The translations under genes and the position numbers were made by a program. Shown here piece after piece: positions 26,614 to 32,016 of a stretch of DNA of 37,777 nt (positions within the stretch are counted from its first letter, which is position 1; the number at the start of each line of letters is the position of its first letter). The notes beneath the pieces are model-generated. The model had not been told where the DNA came from, ran no database searches, and saw nothing but the letters and a program-made list of their open reading frames with translations. Source of the DNA: a virus. The DNA lies in IMG/VR virus record IMGVR_UViG_3300024520_000027, positions 1 to 37,777 of that record; one strand, written 5' to 3'.

Positions 26614-26688
26614 GATTTCATGTCATTGGGATGAGGAGGACATGGTGTGCATCCCATCCCCTTCCCAATGCCTGTGCGAAAAAAAAGC

Positions 26689-26704
26689 TGGCACGGTCCT
26701 CGCA
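26689..26704 (+). promoter_or_regulatory. Sigma-54 (-24/-12)-like promoter for the rightward operon.
   Basis: cTGGCACGGTCCTCGCA versus the consensus YTGGCACGrNNNTTGCW, with one mismatch (TCGC instead of TTGC). Lies 49 nt upstream of ATG 26753 and is preceded by an A8 tract (26679..26686). Confidence 0.45.
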
Positions 26705-26752
26705 AACTAGAAGCTCACAATCGGAAGCGGGCTTTGCCCCAGGAAGAGCATC

Positions 26753-27139
26753 ATGAAGACACAAGACTATACACAAGAGGAGCTTCTTGCCCTGAGACCA
26801 TGGCCTGAAAGCGAAGAAAGGAAACTAAGCCGCATCGCAACCGACCTCTTTCGGTATGACCACGGACCAAGACCCACGGCTTTGGTCAGAGACAACTGCG
26901 GGGCCTGTGCTTTGCAGGGGTATAATCGCCTACCCAAAAGCGAAGGAGGTGGTCTCAACTACGCAGGATGGAAGCGTGTCTTCATCCAGTCCAACACCTT
27001 CATCTCTCGCAAAAAAGTTCTGGCGGCTCTGGCGAGCGAAAACAAGGCCTACGTCCGAGCGTTGCGCCGTGACCTTGTCACCTTCGGGCACAACCATCGG
27101 CGCACGGGAGTCGTTCATGGCCGCGAGCTTCTAGACTGA
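26753..27139 (+). CDS. Hypothetical protein; first gene of rightward operon 1.
   Basis: 128-aa ORF. CCCAGGAAGAGC SD box precedes the ATG, and the same box precedes the next small ORF. Confidence 0.7.
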   Translation: MKTQDYTQEELLALRPWPESEERKLSRIATDLFRYDHGPRPTALVRDNCGACALQGYNRLPKSEGGGLNYAGWKRVFIQSNTFISRKKVLAALASENKAYVRALRRDLVTFGHNHRRTGVVHGRELLD

Positions 27140-27223
27140 GCGCTTTGGTGGGTTGAGCGCATCAACCCATCACCAGCCATAGCGGGAGACGGCCCCGCAC
27201 TTACAACAAACCCAGGAAGAGCT

Positions 27224-27301
27224 ATGACAATCGCAATCTGCCTCTCAGCACTCGGACCCGTCACCATCGCACTCCTCGGCGCCTACGTCAGGAGCCTCTA
27301 A
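27224..27301 (+). CDS. Possible 25-aa hydrophobic micro-protein.
   Basis: My own translation: MTIAICLSALGPVTIALLGAYVRSL*. Preceded by the CCCAGGAAGAGC box. G/C-rich third positions. TAATG overlap with the next ORF. Confidence 0.35.
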   Translation: MTIAICLSALGPVTIALLGAYVRSL

Positions 27302-27480
27302 TGAGCATCCGTACCCACACCAAGACATGGGTCACCGTCGAGGGTGTCCTCGACATTATCCGCTCACCCATCACCAAAGGCTGGCTCGTGCTCATGAGGG
27401 GCGAATCGGGCCCGGTGTACCTCGAAACCCACACGTCAAAAGCGAGAGCGTTGACGTACGCAATGGAGGCGCTCTCATGA
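27301..27480 (+). CDS. Hypothetical 59-aa protein (below the ORF-track length cutoff).
   Basis: My own translation: MSIRTHTKTWVTVEGVLDIIRSPITKGWLVLMRGESGPVYLETHTSKARALTYAMEALS*. Strongly G/C-rich third positions. ATGA overlap at its end. Confidence 0.55.
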   Translation: MSIRTHTKTWVTVEGVLDIIRSPITKGWLVLMRGESGPVYLETHTSKARALTYAMEALS

Positions 27481-27548
27481 AGCGAGAATCAATCGAAGAT
27501 ATCATGCGAGGCGAACAAGTACGCCACACGAATCCTCAGGAGAGAGTC

Positions 27549-27890
27549 ATGAAAACACCTATCGTCTATTCCTGCACCGACCTCGGCTACCTACGCATGG
27601 CACTGCATCCCATGCCCCTTGAAGCTCCGTGGCTATCACACAGGCCGAGCCTGCCCTTTCGTGTAGTGTTTATATACCCGCGCCCCCAAGGCTCTCGGCG
27701 CCCCCAAGGCTCTTGGCGCTACTCATGCCATGGAGCCGACACTGACGCCACAGCCTGCGCATTGTGCTTTGTTTCCGGCGAGTCCGGTTGTGAGTGCGAA
27801 GGCAGGTGGAGTGCTGGTCGCTGTATCACAAACGACGATAATAATGACGAGGCCGCTATTGCATGGCTGCTTAAAGGAGAAGAACAATGA
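27549..27890 (+). CDS. Hypothetical Cys-rich protein, paralogue of ORF 37302..37571.
   Basis: Start chosen at MKTPIVY (AGGAGAGAG SD) by alignment with MKELIAY of the paralogue. Shared blocks are R[MI]ALHPM, FRV[VI] and WL[LF]xGEEQ*. An in-frame upstream ATG at 27478 is an alternative start. Confidence 0.65.
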   Translation: MKTPIVYSCTDLGYLRMALHPMPLEAPWLSHRPSLPFRVVFIYPRPQGSRRPQGSWRYSCHGADTDATACALCFVSGESGCECEGRWSAGRCITNDDNNDEAAIAWLLKGEEQ

Positions 27891-28162
27891 AACAATGTCC
27901 CGACGAAAACCCACGAAGAGTTGCAGAAGACACCGTTGACGGTTGGTGGATAAGCACCGTCCATCTTTTTGCAGACCATGGCTTTGGTGGCCCTCCGCGA
28001 TGGTTTGAAACGATGGTCTTCAAGTCGTCGCCAGACGAAGGCGAATACGGCCGTGACCATCATTGTGAGCGCTACGAAACACGAGCCGAGGCGGACCGTG
28101 GACATCAAGAGATTGTGCGCGCGTTAACGGCAGGTGAAAAGCCAGAAGGCTGGTGCGAATAA
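27887..28162 (+). CDS. Hypothetical protein (WISTV..FETMVF motif family common in phages).
   Basis: 91-aa ORF. ATGA overlap with the upstream gene. Motif DGWWISTVHLF...RWFETMVF...RYETRAEADRGH. Confidence 0.7.
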   Translation: MKQCPDENPRRVAEDTVDGWWISTVHLFADHGFGGPPRWFETMVFKSSPDEGEYGRDHHCERYETRAEADRGHQEIVRALTAGEKPEGWCE

Positions 28163-28244
28163 TCACAGCCAACAACGAGAGAAGGCGGCCCTAAAGCCGC
28201 CTCTCTCTGTTAACGTATGTTAACGAATCCCGTTTTCGTTAACG
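28122..28244. repeat. Cluster of four GTTAACG motifs.
   Basis: GTTAACG at 28123..28129, 28209..28215, 28219..28225 and 28238..28244. The first and last are the 8-bp palindrome CGTTAACG. Confidence 0.8.
28177..28207. terminator. Bidirectional stem-loop terminator between convergent genes.
   Basis: gagagaaggcggc-cctaaa-gccgcctctctc forms a stem of about 12 bp with one bulge. Lies between the stop at 28162 (+) and the stop at 28239 (-). Confidence 0.6.
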
Positions 28245-28664
28245 CTTCAACCTCACACCCTTTTCCTCTTGTCCGCGTCTACTGTTCTCTGCCAGCGTCA
28301 CTGCTTCAAGGTGGTCCGGGTTGACACAGTTCCGCTCACGACAAAGGTGGTCAAGCACAAGGCCGTCGGGTATCTTCCCCCGCAGCTTGTCCCACGCATA
28401 CCTATGCGCATACCATTTTTTCCCATCGGCTTCGAATCTGCCATAGCCCTCGTCCGTGCCCGCTTGCCATAGCCAGCAGCCCGTCTCTGGCATGAACCGC
28501 AGCTTTGCCAGGAACTTGCCGTCAAGCAGCGTAGGGTCTGGCTTGGGTAGCAGTGCCCGCTCCACCTTGCGGACTAGAGATCCTACCTTTCGCGCATGCT
28601 CGACGATCTTATCTTCTATCGTCGCTATCTCGCGCAGCGTTTCGAGAACTTCAGGCTGCTTCAC
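28239..28664 (-). CDS. HNH homing endonuclease.
   Basis: [60 protein letters not shown] is the classic phage HNH pattern. GTG start. Confidence 0.85.
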   Translation of the reverse strand: MKQPEVLETLREIATIEDKIVEHARKVGSLVRKVERALLPKPDPTLLDGKFLAKLRFMPETGCWLWQAGTDEGYGRFEADGKKWYAHRYAWDKLRGKIPDGLVLDHLCRERNCVNPDHLEAVTLAENSRRGQEEKGVRLKR

Positions 28665-29124
28665 TGGTGCAACTTACGTTTTCTGGCATACTTGTTGCTT
28701 GCGGGAACTCTTTGGCCAAGCACTCTTGAATCTCAATGGCTGGGAATCTGTCGGGGTGCCAGCCCATGGTATACCCCCAGGCTTCAATCACGTCCTTGCC
28801 TGTGGCCAGCATGCGGCCAACCTCAGCAGCAGTGTAATGTGGACGCTCTGCGTCTACATTCATCTTGTCGCAAGTTCTATGCCATAGTTTCGTCTTCAAT
28901 GTTTCGTCTCCAGCTTCAGGTAGAAGAGTTGCTCGGCTTCTCCCACATTCTGGGCAAAGCCACAAGCGATCATCCCATATTCTCGCTCGGAGAGGAACAC
29001 GATTCCACGGCTCGTGTGGATCGGCACTGTGTATGGAGATGTCAATACGTACGAGTAGCCAGCCATAGGAATAGTCTATGGCACACCTGTGGCTGTCTGC
29101 TACGAGTCCTCGCCCCGACCGCAC
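28651..29124 (-). CDS. Hypothetical protein with an HTH-like C-terminus. Start uncertain.
   Basis: 157-aa ORF from a GTG inside the palindrome at 29124, or 70 aa from ATG 28863 ([31 protein letters not shown]). Contains LCPECG. Confidence 0.45.
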   Translation of the reverse strand: MRSGRGLVADSHRCAIDYSYGWLLVRIDISIHSADPHEPWNRVPLRARIWDDRLWLCPECGRSRATLLPEAGDETLKTKLWHRTCDKMNVDAERPHYTAAEVGRMLATGKDVIEAWGYTMGWHPDRFPAIEIQECLAKEFPQATSMPENVSCTSEAA

Positions 29125-29132
29125 CGATCATG

Positions 29133-29156
29133 ATCGGGCGAGGGAATCGAACCCCC
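29133..29156 (-). pseudogene. tRNA 3'-half-like fragment (T-arm plus acceptor 3' strand).
   Basis: Minus strand reads GGGGG-TTCGATT-CCCTC-GCCCGAT, a canonical T stem-loop. I could not fold any matching 5' acceptor strand, D-arm or 7-nt anticodon loop upstream. Confidence 0.5.
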
Positions 29157-29261
29157 AGGTGCACGCACCTCCAGAACACTGGACCCGCCTAAATGTCGCC
29201 GCCCACCATTAGCAACGAAGTGGAGACATCCAAAACGGTCGGCGGACGACGACACCTCAAT

Positions 29262-29333
29262 CTACAGAATGTTTACAGAATGTACAGAATGTTTACAGAA
29301 TCTACAGAATGTTTACAGAATGCACAGAATGAT
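29262..29333. repeat. Iteron array: seven copies of [TC]ACAGAAT[GC].
   Basis: Copies start at 29263, 29274, 29283, 29294, 29303, 29314 and 29323. Spacing alternates 11 and 9 bp, giving about 3.5 copies of a 20-bp unit. The segment is locally AT-rich. Confidence 0.9.
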
Positions 29334-29342
29334 ACAAGCTAA

Positions 29343-29359
29343 GCCCGCAATAAGCGGGC
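29343..29359 (-). terminator. Stem-loop downstream of the tRNA gene.
   Basis: gcccgc-aataa-gcgggc. On the minus strand it is followed by TTAGCTTGTATCATT. Confidence 0.45.
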
Positions 29360-29386
29360 GAAGCTGTGGCTGTTAGCCTGATCATT

Positions 29387-29463
29387 TGGTGGACCGTGAA
29401 GGATTCGAACCTCCGACTTTACGCATATCAGACGCATACTCTGCCGGGCTGAGTTACCGGTCC
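29387..29463 (-). tRNA. tRNA-Ile (anticodon GAU), with CCA encoded.
   Basis: Hand-folded cloverleaf: GGACCGG-TA-ACTC-AGCCCGGCA-GAGT-A-TGCGT-CTGATAT-GCGTA-AAGTC-GGAGG-TTCGAAT-CCTTC-ACGGTCC-A-CCA. U33 and A37 flank GAU. There is one G.A mismatch at the base of the acceptor stem and two G.U pairs in the anticodon stem. Confidence 0.75.
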
Positions 29464-29684
29464 AAACAATGTCATTCCGAGAGCCACTTGCGACGCTCAC
29501 GACTCCCTTTGGGGTCGCTGCTCGCTGTTGAATAGTAGTTATGGTCCCTGCATGAGTACGATGCAGACAATCGCTCTTTGTCTGGGTACGTATCAACTAA
29601 ATAAGTAGCACGGATCGTGCCAAGTGTACAGCTTTATTTTATTCGGGATTCAGGAACAGCGAACGGGAGTAGTGCTATGGCTGG

Positions 29685-29966
29685 ATGAGTCAAGATGCAC
29701 GCATGGATATTGATTTGGCCGACGTCGTTTGGGTGCTGCTCACAATGCTCGCTGCTGGGATGCTGGAGCGCACTGCGCACCACATCGTAGACATGATTTG
29801 GGGGCGCAACGGAGAAGGTTCTCTTGTCGACGCACACGAATCGCTAGAAGCTCTCGCAAGGCACTTGGCAGCCTTTGATGAACGTCTTACAGAGCTAGAA
29901 GAACTCCTTGAAGGTGCCGAGAAGGTGCCTGTGGCTGAACCGGCCCCGAAGAAGAAGAAATCATGA
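29685..29966 (+). CDS. Membrane-anchored coiled-coil protein; first gene of rightward operon 2.
   Basis: 93-aa ORF with hydrophobic VVWVLLTMLAAGML, then LEALARHLAAFDERLTELEELLEGAE and a KKKKS tail. Confidence 0.65.
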   Translation: MSQDARMDIDLADVVWVLLTMLAAGMLERTAHHIVDMIWGRNGEGSLVDAHESLEALARHLAAFDERLTELEELLEGAEKVPVAEPAPKKKKS

Positions 29967-30139
29967 TGCTTGTACTGCCCATCCTCGCCCTTGCCATCGT
30001 TGCCGGGGAGCTTTGCCTCATCGGTGTGGCCTCTGTAATGGCCTGCCAGGGTTCTGACATCAGCCGCCTGCTTGACGACACACCCTCGGGCTACGACTAC
30101 CTCAGACGCGAGCTGAGTGCCCCTCCGAGCGGCTCGTGA
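29963..30139 (+). CDS. Possible 58-aa membrane micro-protein.
   Basis: My own translation: MMLVLPILALAIVAGELCLIGVASVMACQGSDISRLLDDTPSGYDYLRRELSAPPSGS*. ATGA overlap upstream and GTGA overlap downstream. Confidence 0.5.
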   Translation: MMLVLPILALAIVAGELCLIGVASVMACQGSDISRLLDDTPSGYDYLRRELSAPPSGS

Positions 30140-30918
30140 GCTTCAAACAGTGGTTCAACGCCAGGCTCTTGCGGCCTGGCTCAGAGTTTGACGTTGACGT
30201 GGCTATGGGTCGCCTGGCTTTTGCCAAGCACATCAGCAAATTCGGGTACGTTGAGGGCATCAACACCACGGAGGCGGAGGTCTGGAGCCCTGGAGGTGCG
30301 TATACTGGATTCCTCACCGCTGCTTCGGCCGTCCGTGTCAAGGCCGGGGGCGACGCCGAGGACGATGACGGTGCGGTTGGAGCCAACTCGATCGTTGTCC
30401 AAGGCCTGAACGAGGAGTGGATTTTAACGGAGGAAACCCTCGCTCTAAACGGAACCGGGGCCTCATCTGCGACGACTACGACGTTTATCCGAGTGTTTCG
30501 CTCATGGGTGGCAGACACAGGGGCATATGCCACACCCTACAACACTGCCGCAATCACCATCGAAACAACAGGGGGCGTCGTTGTCGCCTCGATACCTGCG
30601 GGAGACGGCCAGACTTCCATGGCGATTTACACCGTACCCGCCAACCGCCAGTGTTTCGTACGCGATGATTTTATCAACGTGAGTTCCACAAAAGCCGCGA
30701 ACGTGCACCTATGGCAGCGCCCGAATGCCGACACAGGCACGGCGCCGTTCTCGTCTCGCCGCCTGGTGCGAATGTATCACGGTATCGGGTCCCCGGCCGC
30801 ATCGCCAAACAGTTGGGCGTGCCTCCCCGCAAAGACGGATGTGTGGTTTACGGCTGACGCTGTATCCGGTACGGCTGACGTCAGTGTGATTCTCAACCTG
30901 CTTGAAACGGACGCGTGA
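30136..30918 (+). CDS. Beta-rich 260-aa hypothetical protein (possibly virion or receptor-binding; unassigned).
   Basis: GTG start in a GTGA overlap. Motifs GYVEGINTTEAEVWSPGG, IVVQGLNEEW and GDGQTSMAIYTVPAN recall a phage structural family that I cannot name with confidence. Confidence 0.7.
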   Translation: MSFKQWFNARLLRPGSEFDVDVAMGRLAFAKHISKFGYVEGINTTEAEVWSPGGAYTGFLTAASAVRVKAGGDAEDDDGAVGANSIVVQGLNEEWILTEETLALNGTGASSATTTTFIRVFRSWVADTGAYATPYNTAAITIETTGGVVVASIPAGDGQTSMAIYTVPANRQCFVRDDFINVSSTKAANVHLWQRPNADTGTAPFSSRRLVRMYHGIGSPAASPNSWACLPAKTDVWFTADAVSGTADVSVILNLLETDA

Positions 30919-31022
30919 AAGACTTCGTCCTGATCACTGCTGCGTATCTAGGACTCTTTGCCGCCATGCTCATAGAGGCTGCCCTAGCAGCCGCGCTTAT
31001 GTGCCTATGGCTGAACGGATAG
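30915..31022 (+). CDS. Possible 35-aa hydrophobic micro-protein.
   Basis: My own translation from the GTG in the GTGA overlap: VKDFVLITAAYLGLFAAMLIEAALAAALMCLWLNG*. Confidence 0.35.
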   Translation: MKDFVLITAAYLGLFAAMLIEAALAAALMCLWLNG

Positions 31023-31023
31023 T

Positions 31024-31224
31024 ATGAACCAAGCACCTAGAAACCTCGGCCTTGTCTTCGACGGTCTCTACGAGGCGCTGTGCGAAGATGCCTTGACTCA
31101 CGTGTCCAACTTCCGAACGGAAACGGAGGCAAGACAGATCGCTCGGTACCTTGAGCGCATCGGTGTCAAGTCCCAAGTCCACCGCATGGGTGAGATAACG
31201 CAGCTCAAGATTCACATTGGTTGA
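31024..31224 (+). CDS. Hypothetical 66-aa protein.
   Basis: ORF-track entry. Its ATG lies 1 nt after the preceding stop. Confidence 0.55.
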   Translation: MNQAPRNLGLVFDGLYEALCEDALTHVSNFRTETEARQIARYLERIGVKSQVHRMGEITQLKIHIG

Positions 31225-31363
31225 TGTCTGGCTCCAGCGCTCGCCATACGTAGTGCTGGGCCTGGGCTATCTGCTGGGCGTCGGCTGGGTTATGGGTTCG
31301 CTCATCGCGGAGACGCTGGCAAGAGGTAGGAAGGCCACTGCTAACCGCCGGAAACGGGGTTAA
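31217..31363 (+). CDS. Possible 48-aa membrane micro-protein (TTG start).
   Basis: My own translation: (M)VDVWLQRSPYVVLGLGYLLGVGWVMGSLIAETLARGRKATANRRKRG*. Its TAA sits in GTTAAC, sharing the TTAA with the stop of the convergent gene. Confidence 0.25.
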   Translation: MVDVWLQRSPYVVLGLGYLLGVGWVMGSLIAETLARGRKATANRRKRG

Positions 31364-31641
31364 CGCGTGGAATCGCCCCTCTCAAGGTAACCACAAGATT
31401 CAGAGCACGTCTCGAAAACACAGTTGAGATCGAGGTCATCAATGCGGCCCTCTTTGGTGAGGGCCTCAGTGCACACGTCTGCCGAGGTTACACACGCAGG
31501 ACCGAACCCGCTCAGCTCTTTGTGTTCCGCCAGACACTCGCAACACTGCCGATGATCGGCCTCGGTATAGCGTGGAGCGCATGATTCCATCGGTAAAACA
31601 ACGCATATAAGCGAACAAATCAAGGCCAAGTGTTGCAACAT
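31360..31641 (-). CDS. Small Cys-rich secreted protein; last gene of the early block.
   Basis: MLQHLALICSLICVVLPMESCA is an N-terminal hydrophobic leader. About ten Cys follow (QCCECL, ACVTSADVC, NCVFETCSESC). Confidence 0.6.
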   Translation of the reverse strand: MLQHLALICSLICVVLPMESCAPRYTEADHRQCCECLAEHKELSGFGPACVTSADVCTEALTKEGRIDDLDLNCVFETCSESCGYLERGDSTR

Positions 31642-31704
31642 ACTACAACTATAGCTGTCGCGTCCCTAGTTTTACTTCTTGCGCGCCGCAGGTTTTCCGC
31701 TCGA

Positions 31705-32016
31705 TCACGATCGCCTCCGCGTGGTGGTGCTCACTGTGGCTATGCCATAGCCATAGCCATCGCCATCGCCATAGCCATAGCCATTGCCATCGCCATCGCC
31801 GTTGCCATCGCCATTGCCATCGCCATCACCATCGCCATAGCCACAGCCATTGCCTTCGCCATAGCCATAGCCATTGCCATAGCCATAGCCATAGCCATGG
31901 CCGTTGCCGTTGCCATAGCCGTTGCCATAGCCGTTGCCATCACCATCGCCACAGCCATTGCCGTAGCCATAGCCATTGCCATTGCCATAGCCGCTGCCAT
32001 TGCCGACCGCCCTCAC
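31705..32016 (-). CDS. (Gly-X)n repeat protein, copy 1 (103 aa; X mostly Tyr/Asn/Asp).
   Basis: GTG start inside TAGTGAGGGCGGTCGGCAATGGC, overlapping the upstream stop by 1 nt. GGAGG lies 8 nt upstream. Head MRAVGNG, uninterrupted G-X alternation, tail GIATVSTTTRRRS. Confidence 0.6.
   Translation of the reverse strand: MRAVGNGSGYGNGNGYGYGNGCGDGDGNGYGNGYGNGNGHGYGYGYGNGYGYGEGNGCGYGDGDGDGNGDGNGDGDGNGYGYGDGDGYGYGIATVSTTTRRRS

Noticed and set aside
26475-26756. 93-aa plus-strand ORF covering the palindrome array.
   Set aside because: It runs straight through the operator repeats, the A8 tract and the sigma-54-like element. It has no SD and ends at the start of the real first gene. It is more parsimonious to treat the region as non-coding regulatory DNA.
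27150-27168. Hairpin GGGTTGA-gcgca-TCAACCC after gene 26753..27139, considered as a terminator.
   Set aside because: It is not followed by a T-run, and the downstream ORFs look co-transcribed because the same SD box recurs. It may only affect RNA stability.
29131-29207. A complete second tRNA, including a class II long-variable-arm fold.
   Set aside because: Only the T-arm and the 3' acceptor strand are canonical. The best 5' acceptor candidates have mismatches, no D-arm pairs, and the only anticodon-position hairpin has a 4-nt loop.
29387-29463. A link between the phage tRNA-Ile and the antisense (Ala-Ile)n reading of the hexamer arrays.
   Set aside because: Anticodon GAU reads AUC and AUU, but the commonest codon in that frame is AUA. 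The (Ala-Ile)n frame also lacks a start in copy 2. Most likely a coincidence.
29339-29596. 85-aa minus-strand ORF.
   Set aside because: It is superimposed on the tRNA-Ile gene and its terminator hairpin.
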